Part shown: in pieces, positions 22,497 through 36,400 of the stretch | Layout: each line of letters starts with the position of its first letter | Position numbering within the stretch: position 1 is the first letter of the stretch | DNA from: Catajapyx aquilonaris | Taxonomy: Eukaryota | DNA: 48,049 nt | NCBI GenBank assembly: GCA_000934665.2 | Contig: KZ538776.1 | Coordinates: 1 to 48,049 of the forward strand | Direction of reading: 5' to 3' | Notes under the pieces: model-generated | Told to the model about the DNA's origin: nothing | Seen by the model: the letters and a program-made list of their open reading frames with translations, nothing else | The model's database searches: none | Made by a program: the position numbers and the translations under genes

Positions 22497-25400
22497 ATGT
22501 TCAGGATTACTTTGAGAGTGCTTGCTTGCTGTTTTGTTGCGACACTGGTATGGGGTAGTGAAGCTGAACACCCTGTGGTCCGCACTAAAAAGGGTTCTGT
22601 GCGTGGCTTCATTCAAGAATCAACTAAGGGAGATCCTTTTTATTCTTTCCTGGGAATTCCATATGCTGCTCCTCCAGTTGGAAATTTGCGGTTCAAGGTT
22701 GGAAACTCTTTTTATTGAATCATGTTACTGAAATGCTCCTGGAATTATTACCAAGTTATCAATTTGCAGCCCACTCAGCCAGCTTCAGCATGGACCAATA
22801 TCTTGGATGGAAGCACACCAGCAGCAATGTGCCTGCAATATGACGAGTTCTTCACTCACAGCGTTGCTGGTGACGAGGATTGTCTTTACTTGAATGTCTA
22901 TTCCAGAGAGGTAATTGTAATGTGTACATATTGATTCTTGCCAAATTGTTGACTGTCTTTAGAGGTCCAAGATTTAACACTGATAATAATCAGTTAGGGA
23001 GTATGTAGCTACTGACATACTGTACTTGTGAGAATGTAAGTGTTGTAGAATAATGGCCAGCTGCTTTCTGAATCCATCTTGCTTGTGAGACAGGTTTTGA
23101 TACAGAAGCTGGGAGTGTCAGGTAGAACTTAGTGTGCCATTAGGATAATATCCAGTTGGTTGGTTGCAACACATTTTTTTTGCAGCATATCAGACATTGA
23201 AAGTTATTTTTCTGAGTTGGCCAATGCTGGGACACCCTCTTATTCTTTTGCCAAGTTGAGGATTGCATTAGGCCCTTGAGTCACTGAATGGCTAAAGTAG
23301 GGAGAAGCATACATGGCCCAAAGGTGGTGGCGAGTCACGGGTTAGGCTCAGGTTGACTTACAGCAATGTGCAGCAGAATGGTATTTACAGTCATTTCAGT
23401 GAAAGAACGACATGACGTCACACGAAAATGTCACTAATGCGCAGTAGTGTGCTTGGTGGAGTGATTCGAGGACTTGAGAGGGGGAAGAGCCAGGGTGGAG
23501 GCAGGCTTAATCTGACATCATGTTGTTCTTTGCTGAAAGGACTGATGCTGTAGAACAGGATGGTCAAAGAGCATTGTGCAATTATGAACTGTTGTTTGTA
23601 AGCTGGAATTATGCCCAAGGCCAACACTTTCTACAATGGCAGAATATATTGTAGAACTATGCGAGCCCAGTGGTCTTATGCAGATGCCAAATACTTTCTT
23701 GGAATATGCGAATCTGTTCTTATAATGAAGTCTGGTCTGTAAGCTTCGAGTGACCAGCTGATTAACACAAATCAGCCCCCTGTCTCTTCCAGCCTAGCCC
23801 TGTGTTGACTTTAATATAAAAATCTCCGCCATGAGGGGACTTTGGCGCTGGCACGCCCCCACAGGAATCTACTGGGGTGTCGGTTTGGGTTGGCCACCTT
23901 CGGAACCAACCCAAACCGTCCTTTCCTCAGAGGGCGTTTGCAGACTAGGATTTGGGTGGCTGGCAGGGGTAGATTCCTGTGGGAGCGCGCCAGCGCCAAA
24001 TTCTCTGTCTGGGGGATACTTTTATATTAAACTACTGTATCGTAGGAGTGACAGGGGGCTGACACAAATCATCAGAATTAGCCTGCTCATTAACCCCTTG
24101 AGCCCCAGCTATACTGCCATCGCCTAGATTTTCGTTTCTGTTAAATTTACATGTACTCTGAAGATAAAAAATAAGATATTTTACCAATAATAACAGCTAT
24201 ACTTACACGTTCATGCTCTACTCTATGTGTGTGTTTGGAACCAGTTTCATCGTGTAGAAGTCCCTAAATTAATTTCCTAAAGGATCGCCGCAGAGTATAG
24301 CTATATTGCAAGCGCCTAGTTTTTGGCTTGCACGTACTCTGAAGATAATTATAACATATTTTACAAATAATAACAGCTATACTTACACATTCACGGAAAA
24401 CATAACTTATATCTTGGAAACTATTTTCCTTGTCTAGAAGTCCCTAAATTAATTTCCAAAAAGATTGCTGTAAATTCCATCACCTAGATTTTCACTTGCA
24501 CTTACTCTGACGATAAGGACAAGATATTTCACAAATAATAACAGATACACTTACACGTTCATGCTCTACACTATGTAGGTGTTGGAAACCATTTTCATTC
24601 ATCTAGAAGTCCCTAAATTAATTTTCAAAGGTAATAACTTGAAATTCAATTACTAATGGCCAACCGTTAGTCCACCGCCTAGATTTTCCCTTACACGTAC
24701 TCTGAAGATAAGGACAATATATTTTACAAAATAATAACAGCTATACTTTCATGTACCTTGAAAATGCTATGAATGTGTTTGGAACAATTTTCCTCCTCTA
24801 GAAGTTCCAAAATTAATTTCCAAAAAGGTCGCTGTAAAAAAACTCGAAATTCGAGAACTGCCGGCCAACTGTTACGCTGATTTAATTATGAATACATTCA
24901 AATATACAGAATATTAACCTTGAGAACCATGCAAGACGAAGTTGCTGAAATCGTCGTACTTCGCAAGAAATAAATGAATTAGGGAGATTTCCGAAGTAGC
25001 AGGAAAGCCTCATGTAAGAAATAATTTATTTCTCCCAAAGTACGACGATTTCAGCAGATTCTTATGACACTATTCCAGTGGTTTCCAACATGGGGATCGC
25101 GACCCCCAGGGGGGGGGGGGGTCGCGTGTAGGGTCACGAGCCTTTGTTCAACTTTTTTTTTTGCGATTTCTGTGTAAATTGAACCATTTTTGAGGCCGTA
25201 AGAGTGTATGTTTTTGGAAATGGGTCAGTTGTAGAAGGGGCCCGGGGGGGGGTTTCGCACATTTATGGAAACATGTTTAGGGGGTCGCAGTTGGTAAAAG
25301 GTTGGAAACCACTGCACTATTCTCAATATTGTTATTCCTTGTATTTTAATGTATTTCATAATTTAATCAGCTAAGTAGTTGGCCGGAAGTACTTGAATTT

Positions 25401-28400
25401 CGAGTTTTACAGCGATATTTTTGGAAATTAATTTAGAGACTTCTAGATGAGGAAACTTGTTCCAGACACATTCAAATTTTGGGTAACTATATTGATGATC
25501 AGTTGTACTGTTTCTGGTAGGTATTATATTTTTTAATGCAAGTGCATTATGAATAAGTGATATATTGTGACAATAATTGAGGGGTGCTCTTCCATAACGA
25601 GGTAAGTGCCAAAAATGAAATTTTACAGGGGAGGGTTTTTTCCATTTTGTGAGGAAACTTGTGTACCTTGAGGACTACAATTATTTATTTTAAAAACCAT
25701 ACAACAATACTAGCCAAAATAACACTACAAATTATTATGCTTGTATTAAAACGTATAGTAGGAAAAAATTTGCAAAAAAAGAAAAAGTTCCAAAACGAGG
25801 CAAGTGCCACATTGGGTTGCAATGAGAATCAGTATGTTGCCTTAAGATGAGATACTGAAGGAGGTTTGCAAGTTGAAAGAGAGTTGAAAAAAGCATGAAA
25901 GAGCTTCTCTCTGTGTCTTGTAGCAAGTGAGTGGCATTTACATGATACCTGTAATGGTTTAATTTATATGAGTGGCTATAACCGTGGCATACAAAATTGC
26001 TGTTCATGCATTGTTGTTGTGGAATCATGCGGGCTGCAGACCTCTTATTTATATTTTGTCAGTACCGTATTTACTCGCATATAAGACGCACTTTTTTTCT
26101 GATTTTTGTAGCTCAAAAAGTAGGGTGCGTCTTATATGCGTGTGCGTCTTATACGGCAGGGCACAACGGGTGAAACCCGTGAGAAATCGTGAAAATCGTT
26201 TATTGAAAAATTTAAGCTTGTCTGTTTGATGTCCTGTCAGCACAGTTGATCACTTTCCTCTTGAAATCGGCACGGTACGACATGCGTTTCTCCTTCACTT
26301 CCATTGATATGCTCTCCCCGTCCCCACACGTGCACAATTCCGGTGACACGCACATGCATTGCACATGCATTGCGAGGCCAGTTCCCAAACTACGGCAATA
26401 AATCTGGGTGCGTCTTATATGAGTCAACAACCGATTTTCCCCGATTTTTCGCCTCAAAACCGGGGTGCGTCTTATACGCGTGTGCGTCTTATATGCGAGT
26501 AAATACGGTATTTTATAAAAGTGTGGAGGATGATACTAATTATGTAAGAGAGGAATAAAACATGGAGCACTCTGGCCACACCTGCGCTGGGGTGGCTTTG
26601 CCTTTCTTTCCTCTCCCATCGTAGCAGTGTAACTTGTGCCAGTATTGCGGTGCTTCTTCCGAATGTTTTTTCCCCATTTTTCTGGATTTGAGCGTTTCTT
26701 CGGACGCCCTGTTGTCCCTTTCTCAGCCGCAGATGAGGCAATGTCCTCCATGATCTCTCTTGGCAAATTTGCCTCGTTCTAACCCGTTGTATGAGTGATG
26801 GCTGAAAACCTTCGGTATCGATACTTTCGGAACGGAGGCTCATAGGACAGCCACGTTTTTAGGGCAACTGCAGGGTGGCATTTGCTGCGAGAAAACACAA
26901 AAAAATGATTTTCCGCAAAAATGGTACTTACCACGTTATGGAAGAGCACCCCTCAATTGATCTCAAGTGAAAGATGGATATTTGAAAATTTGCTGTCAGT
27001 GTCACTGTCCAAACCCTGGTAAATTTTTGGAATTGTTAATTTACTTGAAATAAATACCCTTTTGTATTGTTATTATTGAAAAATATATATTGAACAATGT
27101 ACTGACAACATGTAACCAAATAGATACCAAAAGATGCCCATAACCCTAAACGACCAGTCCTGGTGTGGATTCATGGTGGTGGCTTCACTATTGGATCTGG
27201 GAACCCTGCTATGTACAGTCCAACATTGCTTATGAATAAGGACATAGTTTTGGTCACCATAAACTACCGTCTGGGTCCCTTTGGTGAGTCATGATGTGTT
27301 CATAAAAATGTAACTTTCTCTGATCAAACATGAACATTGCAGGATTTCTGAGCACTGCTGATGAGGTCGTCCAAGGCAACATGGGCCTGAAAGACCAAAG
27401 CATGGCTCTGAGGTGGGTCAAGGAGAATGTTGAGGAGTTTGGAGGAGACTCTGAGAAGATCACCATCTTTGGAGAGAGTGCAGGAAGTGCCAGTGTGCAC
27501 TACCATCTTCTCTCGCCAATGTCGAAGGGTTGGTAAAAATTATGTTTGTTTAAGAGTATCATTTATTAACAGTGGCAGGGGGGGCAGTGGCAGGGGGGGC
27601 AGGTATAACGTGTGGGGGCATAACGTGTGGGGCATAACGTGTGGGGGCATAACGTGTCAGGGGCAGTGGCAGGGGGGGCAAGGGGGGAGAATTGCCCCCC
27701 CCCCTTTCGACATCGGGGAAGTAGTCGTACACCAAAGTCTCTTCTGCAGCTCGTTTCTTGGCACACCACGTCGGCAGGGGTAACCGAACAATGGTCACTG
27801 TTCCTTGTGCCTCTTCTGTATACAATAATGTATCACGTTCATGAACAGAGCCCGGAACAATACGAAGCGGACGAAACTGTGGCGCACCAAGAAAGTTCCT
27901 TTGGGGGGGAAGGGGGGAAGGTAAAGCCCGCCACAGGCGAAAAATTTTTTGGGGTTCAAAGTCACAAGCTTAGGTGAATGAAATTATGTTCCTTCTCTCT
28001 CTCTCATTTTGCGCCCCCTAAATGTTGGCGCCCGGGGCAACTCCCCCCGGCTGCCCCCCCACGATACGCCACTGTTTATTAATACCAAAGCATTTCAGTT
28101 GTAACGATAAGTTTCACTACCAATCTCTTACGATTACTGGGAATGTGGTTAGTCATTGGTGAGTTGTTAATTTTCAAAGCAGGTGGTGGGTGCCCAGTCA
28201 TAATCATTGAAATTTTTGTGGAATATATACATGAGTGCTGCATCAAGTTATTGTAATGTGGTTAATTTATTAATAATAATAATAATTTATAATAATTCAT
28301 ACCCCGTTATCAGCTGGCGGCTCTTTAGGGGGGAAGTTCATCCCAATTTTGTTTTGACTGGAACTCTTTGCTTTCATTTTTACTTCGCTTTTTGGGATAG

Positions 28401-31400
28401 GATAGGGATGGAAGGAAGCGGCTGTGGCCTAATTAGTTAGGAAGCAATCCCGGAATTCTCCTGGGTGGACCGTGGGAAACCACAGAAAACCACGGGTAGG
28501 ATTGCCGGCCCCGAGACTCGAACCCAGGACCTCCCGATTCGCAGTCAAACACCTTATCCAATCCACCAAACTGCTTCGGTTGGTTAATTTATTATTTAAA
28601 AGCAAAATTATATCGCAAGACACATAATTTGTGGGGTACAAAAATGTCTTCAAGAAGTTGTATTTCATTTCCTGGTTTGAAATCAGGTAATGTACAAACC
28701 TGGTGGGCAAGTTGTATGAAATTTTAAAATTCATAAGGTAAAGTTTTTTCACTACCAGTAATATGTACGATGGCCATATAAAGCTTCACTCAGCATTTAA
28801 TAATATGAAAACTGGCTGATTAGATACTGTACAGGGTGCGCCAGAAGTAGTCTAACACGTTTGTGAATTTTTTTCTTGGTGCAGTGATTTATTAATTTGA
28901 AACTGAATGAATCACACAATAGCACATACTCTGATAATGCATCCAGGTATTTTTCATACATGATGCTGTGATGTCTGACTGTACAGGAGGTCACAGAACT
29001 TGTCTGCCATCACCGCCGAGGCACTCACGTAGTCGACCCTGGACAGACCTGCACACTTTGGCACAAAATTCCGGAGAAATTGTTGCAAAGCTCTCCCGGA
29101 TCTTCTCTCGTAATTGGGGAAGAGTTTTGGGCTTCTGGGCGTATGTTTTCTCTTTCAATACACCCCACAAAAAAAAATCTGGAGGTGTCAGATCGCAGGA
29201 TCGTGGTGGCCAGTCCAACATGGCCGCCGGCGCCCATGTTGGGCCCCCCAATGTAGCACTTCCCTTTTGTACCTATAAAGTTCAGCCTAGTCCGGTAGGG
29301 TCGCCACATAATTGCTCTGGGAAATGTCTCATGGCGCTCTCAGGTGAGCACCCGCTGCAAAACTCATCGGCAGGCGACAAGCTCAGAATGTAGTATAAGT
29401 GTCCGGGGGCTGCACTGAATGCGGTCCTCTAGTGACAAGCGCCCAGCCATCTTTCAGGTGGCGATGACATCGTCGCTATTGGAATCCTCAGGCACTATCG
29501 ACATCGCCCCATGCTATTATGTTAAAATTTTACCTGAATTGCAGTTGCAAGGACGTAAAAAATTCTCAAACCTGTTAGACTACTTCTGGCGCACCGTGTA
29601 TAGTGTAGATAGTTGCGGGATGAAAAACCCGTTTAGCGGCCACACTGTAATAGCTACTAGCTAGTTGCCACTATTTGGCTGCTACTAGAGGACACTGAAA
29701 CACCCACCCTAAAAAACTACAAGGACAGCAAGAATAAGAGCCAGTTGGTATTGCATGCAAATATGGTTGTGACTTAATGTGAGAATAAATAATTAGGAGG
29801 TCTTGCCTATCCATGTTGGTTTGGTTGCCATCAGTGCAGCATTCAAGTATTGGAGAGAACTGCCATATTTCCGAGAATGATAGTTCCTGCAATGTAAGCA
29901 ATATTTTTTTGTTCTTTTATTTTTTTTCTATTACCCCGTGATAACCAGATTAGGGTTTATAGGGGAGGGGTTTACCACCATTTTAGAATAATTTTCCATT
30001 TTACTTCAATCTCCGTGCAAGGACTTCGGGAAATGGGGTAGGGAAAGGGATTGTTGGGGAGGGGACACTTGTGCAGGTGCATTGTCCTAGCCTTTTGGGC
30101 CATGTGCAGTCCCCCAGGAGGTTAGGTTGCCAGACACCTCCTTGGTGCAGGTGAGGGACCCTCCTGACGCAGGTGAAAGGGAACTCCCCAGGCGGGGATC
30201 GAACCTGGGACCTTTCACTCAGCAAGCTGAGACGTTACCATCTCGGCCACCACACCTTCCCCACAATGTAAGCAGTATGTAGTGTGTTTCAGTGCATTAC
30301 TGGCACCAAGAGTGGAAGTCACAGATGTGAACTGAAGATTGCAGGGACAATTGGTGAGGATTCTCTCACTGGCTATGACAAAGAATTAATGAAATCATCA
30401 ACATGTGCAGTAAACTGATCTGCCTTTAATTTACAGGTAGGCCCTGTTTCATGATGGGGTTAGGTTCCAGCGAAACAGAGTTATGAAATTAATAATAAAT
30501 GTCATTATTAATTATATTTTTACGTTTTATATTTTTAACTGAATTAAATTTATTTATTTTCACTGCACAGTTAAGACAATGTGTTGCAACTGCTCTGGTT
30601 ATTACTTAAAATGCACAAGGGTCAGTTTCATGAAAGTTAGCCATCTGTCCTTGCGAAAACATGGTTGCAATACTTGTAAATTGAGAAACACAAATGAACG
30701 TAATTTTCTGGAAGGTTTTACCTGCCTGTGGGCTAAGTGGTTAAAATAAAGTAAGCAGCAGTTGGTGCCAGTTGAAATTTTTAAAAGAACACCACACCTG
30801 ATCATTTCAGGCATTGTAAATTTTAATCAGGACACCTGCAACCCACATTGCAACAGTGTAGAGATTTGGGTAATATGAGAATGTCAGGGCAATTTTTTAA
30901 AAAGCTGACTGTACAGTGCGGGACATTAATGGTGTCCTACTAGTGGCATCATGAGCCCCTGGCAGCAAAAGAGCAAATTGAAGTGATGAATGATCAACCA
31001 ATACAACACTTCGATTTGCTCTTTTACTGCCAGGGGCTCGTGGCACCACCAGTAGGACACCATTAATGTCCAGCACTGTAGTGTGGTGGAAATTAATGGA
31101 TAAGCACAAGTATCACCGCCTGGCGGAGCTTTTCCTTTACATTAAGCAGCTTTATGTAAATTGTAAAGGAAAAACTCTGCCAGGCGGCAGTACTTGGGCT
31201 TCTCCATTAATTTCCACCTCTGTACCACTAAATACGACTAAATATCAGCAATAACTTTTGTCATGCTGGGTGAGTTTAAAATTGCATCTTTATTGTCCAA
31301 CCGGTTTTGGAGGTGTCTGATGTCAATCGAGCGGAAAATAGTAACATTTTCAAGATATTATTTCGATATTTCTGATAAATAATTTTTTATTTGTCGATAA

Positions 31401-33381
31401 ATTTTGTTATTTAAAAAAATTTGGTATTATATGACTATAATTTGATGTGTTTATCCATTGTGCACCAGCATTCAGCTCACAACATCAGGTAGGGAATAAA
31501 GTCAGTAAAGGCATTACTTTCAGGCCCTTCCTGTCTAACTGTCTGTGTCAGTTTATGTACAGCACTAAACTTGTGACTCGGCATAGATAGACACTGCCTC
31601 CATTCACCATTCCTTCTCCAAGGTTAACAAAGCATAGGGCTTTACTACTGTCACAATTATAGGTCGGATTGTATGTTTATACATGTATTTTCTTCCTGTG
31701 TATGCAGAGAGTGTCACTCTTACAAAAGGGCGAAGTGTGGTGTTCTGCCCTTGCTGCCCACTTATTGACTATTATTGTCACCTTGAGAACTGACTAACCA
31801 GCACTAACTTTACTTCTTTATCCAGGCCTCTTCAACAATGCCATCAGCCAAAGTGGAACTGCCCTTGATGTATGGGCTTACATGGAACCTCAGCGAATAG
31901 CATCCCAGTCAAAGATCCTTGCTGGAATGTTGGACTGCCCAACAGATAATTCAGAAGTCATGATCAAGTGTTTGCGCAGTGTTGATGGTGAAAAAGTGGC
32001 AGAAATGCTCCCTAAGTTTTCGGTCAGCAAATGTTTGCCATTTTGTCCATCATAATTGAAACGAGTCCATTTTAAAATGATGACATTTTTCCAGAAATGG
32101 CTTATATTTCCAATTGTGCCATTTGGCCCAACAAGAGAAGTTAGAGGCAGTGGAAAATTTCTGGATGAGAGCCCACTGCAGGCACTGCATAATGGACATG
32201 TGTTGGATGTGCCATGGATGGTTGGGCATTGTGACTCTGAAGGAGAATTTTTTAGTGCATGTAAGTTAAGATGTAATTGGATATGTTATTGATAACGTAT
32301 TTCATGTACACTCAGACCACATGTTCCTATTGACCAGTTTTAACTACAATTAGACATTTTGTAGTTCAGAGAGATATAATTATGAGGTATTAGCCTGAAG
32401 TTTCTGCCCTGTTTATGTTCCAGGGGTGATGGAAATAATGTCAGGTAGTGCCATTCATGAGTGGACAAACTTAATGTAAACATTTCTGCTTGCAGATTTC
32501 ATCCCACATTTCAATAAACTCAACTTCGGGNNNNNNNNNNNNNNNNNNNNNNNNNNNNNNNNNNGGAGGGGGGGGGGGGGGGAAGAGATGCAGGAGGCAG
32601 TTTATGAGCATTTGCAGATATAAAACTTCTGAATATTTTTCCAACAGTATTGTTTGTTACCCCAGGGATGTAAGGAGTGTGTTGTAGTACTGTACAGTAC
32701 AAGAAGACTATATTGAAAAGTGACTGTCGTTTTATATCCATCACACCTAGAACATAGTCAGCCCAGAAACTTGAGGCACCTACCTCGCTCACAGAGCAGA
32801 GCATGCTTAATTTTATTAACAAATCCTGGGACCTGGTAAAATGTAATGAATTCCTTATTCCAGTTCTGCACATCAAGATATAGCAATGGGAATGCATGTG
32901 CATGATTGAAATGAATATCTATTGGTATTTTCACCTGACACATTGTCAGAGATGTTCAGGTCTGGTTGTACCACAGCCGGAAAACATTTTTATTCAGAAA
33001 AAAGCCAACAACATGCATAACAAACTTTTCTGGTTCCTTTCTGACTGAAATAGGGAAACACCCTGGAAGGAAAGAGTAACCCTTACAGGTGTGCAGGAGG
33101 CGGCAGGGGGAGTGGTGGCTGGGGGCAGCTTGGCTATGTCGCAAAGGCAAGGATGATTTTTCGGATTTTGGAAGAGGTATGCTGTACCAACCTAACCTAA
33201 CCAAGCCTTTCCTTCCTTCCTTGCGGATACAGACCTATCTTTGCGACACAGCCCGCTGCCCCCACCGACTACTACCCTCCCGCACGCCCATAAGAGCAAG
33301 TATATCCCCCTGGAACTCAACATGCCATGTTTCTTTTGAATGGATCTCCTTAACTTCTGTAATGTCTCACTATAAACCTTT

Positions 33382-33417
<36 letters not shown>

Positions 33418-36400
33418 AGTTCCAGGGGTGTTTCCCTATTTTGGCCGATGTATTACATCATGAATAATAATAGACGTTCTTGCTCTACCTAATTATATAA
33501 TAATAATAACAATAATAATAATAATCATCATCATCATCATCATCATCACAATAATCATAATAAACATAATACAGGTCAATTGACATGGAAGTATATGCAC
33601 TTGCCAGGCACTTGCCCAACACCAATGAAGTTCGCCTAGCACAAAAATCACCTGCATGTTGATGTTACAAATACGAATTACTTGAGAATGAATCATGTTT
33701 TAATCGCACAACTTGTGTGCTAATGACCCACAAGGAAGAGCAATGTTGGGACGAGATATCAATGCATTTGTCAGTGGAACAAGAAGAATGGGCCAGTATT
33801 TATGTAGCTCACCTAGGGCAATGGAGTTCGCCCAGAGTGCTAAACACGCTGCCACAAAGTTCGTCCACTGTTAAATACAGACTGATATGGTTGTGTCAGC
33901 TGAAAAAAAGTGCAGGTGGCATTACTCACTCATTGCACTCTGTGTCTGAAAATAACAATCACAGGAGTTGGTAAGATCATTCCTCCAGAGGTATGCAAGG
34001 TGACACGGAAGAGCTCGGAAGAATAAGAAAAGTCTGCGTATGTGGTTGCACAAGAAGGCCATGTGTCATGCTCCATGTCCATGGTAAGGGGCATCACAGG
34101 AAGTAACAAACTCAAGAACCACCCAGAAAAACTTTATTATGGACTTCACCAGGCAACAGCAGCAAGGAAAAACTGAGAGCTGAAAAAAATGTGTTGCAAA
34201 ATCGGCTAAAGAAGTAGTGACCATCAATTTAAAAATGGTCGGAGGTGACCCAAAAGGTGGTCCCCACAACAACCTTTCGACTCTGCATCCATGACATGAA
34301 GACAACCTTACTTATACGCGTAACTTCTCCAAGACTAACGGGGAATTCATGAAATCAGGACCTGCCCTCTTGACAATAGGCCAAGAAGAAACCCTCTTGA
34401 TGGTACTGGTACAGGAAAAAGACTTGCTTGGGAGAAGGAATGGAAGCATTGGGCACATCAATGTCATGGAATTAGTCATGTTTCATGATGAATTAGGCAG
34501 TAATTGAGTACTGCAAACAAAGGAAGAGGCGTACCATCCCAATGTCTCACCAGAAGCAGGATTGTAAATGCACACAGCATTATGTTGTGGGGTAGCATGG
34601 GTAGTATCGGCCTTAGCAACTTTCACAGCATCAATGGCACCATCAATATAGCCATGTTTCATGAACTTTTGAGAGACCATCCACTGTATGTGTCCTCAAT
34701 AGCAACCTTACATCCAGATGTCAACGCAGTGTTTTAACTGGACTTTGCATCATGCCAAAATAGCGGAAGCAAGTGGCTGGCCGACAAGGGGATTGACATT
34801 CTACGTGGCCGTCGAGCAGCCTGGACCTCAATCCTATTGAGACAGACTGGAAAATCATGAAGATGGTTGTTCGGAGGAAACGCCCTTGCACCAAGACATT
34901 CCTGAGGTCCAAACTACGGGTGGTTTGGGACAGCACCACTCCAGAGGAGTGCCAGAGCTCATTCAACACATTGTCGTGTTGTGTGGAGGCCGTCATTGTT
35001 CCCCATCTCGATGTCACCTGCTTCTAAGCGAACTTTGTGGCAGCATGTTTAGCCGTCTGGACGAAGTCCATTGTCCCCGGCGCACTACATAAATACTGTC
35101 CTATTCTTCTTGTTCCACTGACAAATGCATTGATATCTCGCCCCAACATTGCTCTTCCATGTGGCTCATTAGCATATAAGTTGTGTGATTAAAACATGAT
35201 TCATTCTCAAGTAATTCATATTTGTAACGTCATGCAGGTGATTTTCATGCTAGGCGAACTTAATTGGTGTTGGGCAAGTATAATTGAATCGTGGAAATCA
35301 AAACCGCACTATGTTGCATTTTCTAGATTTGCTAATCTTGACGTTATTGAACGAAGCCTATAATAACGAAAATACAGATCGCACATGCGTGATATTGGTA
35401 TCCCCGGAAAGATTTGGCGAAACTGTCGAGATATCGGGTGGTCCGATCCCCGTCAGTTGACCGACAACTGAATGGCAAGCAACAGTTGGACCCCCCCCCC
35501 GCAGAGGCTCAAAAAAACATAGCGTGGTTTTGATTTCCACACTGCCGTGGAACGTAAAACCACACTATGTTGAACGAAAATCTAATTTATGATGCACGAA
35601 ACTCGCAATTATGATTCGCAGAATAGAGTGCAGGAAAAATAGTTCCGTCGAAACTGAACCAATACCAGGTGGTTCGACACTCGTGGCTCAAGCAGGAGCC
35701 GTACAGTGAGCGGAAGTAGTATACTCCCCACTTGCAACATACCCCGAACATAGCGCGGTTTTACGTTCCATGGAATATCAAATGAAAGGAAGAGCATGGA
35801 ATATAGGTACTATAACACTCAAAAACATAGAGACGATTTTGCATTTGACTCAAGTGCAGCCTGCACTTGAATCAAATGCAAAATCATCTCTATGTTTTTG
35901 AGCGATATAGTACACTGCTGAGTTTCCCAATTCCTTCGGTCCAGTGGCACATGCGGTGTTCTAAATCAGTAGAGGTGTGTCGCATATTACCGCCCGTGTT
36001 CGTGGTCTGATTATGACCCACCTCTACTTATTTAGAACACCGCGTGTGCCACCATAATGTATCTCTTAAGTGTAACGTACGCAGGGGAGGTGGAGTGGTG
36101 CTGCGGTAGCACATGGGCCCACGGATGTAAGGGCCCCAGGTTCGATCCCAAGCCCGGGCATTCCCCCTTTTCACTCGTGCGGAGTTTGGGGTCGTCTCCG
36201 ACTCCGCGTAGGGTGGGATTTCCGCTGGACTAACCACCCGGGGAGCTCACAAAATAACCTTGGTAAACAACAATGCACTGCACACAGCACATCCCCTCCC
36301 TGTCACTTCGCCCCTCGGACCAGGGCGTCAAATTTTGGCACATGGTTTTACGAACTCGGGTACTTGTTCATTGCTTGCCGCAATATTCCGGGCCCTAAGC

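Noticed and set aside
32531..32564. N runs (also 43806-43813 and 20950)
   Set aside because: Assembly gaps at G/C homopolymers, not biological features.
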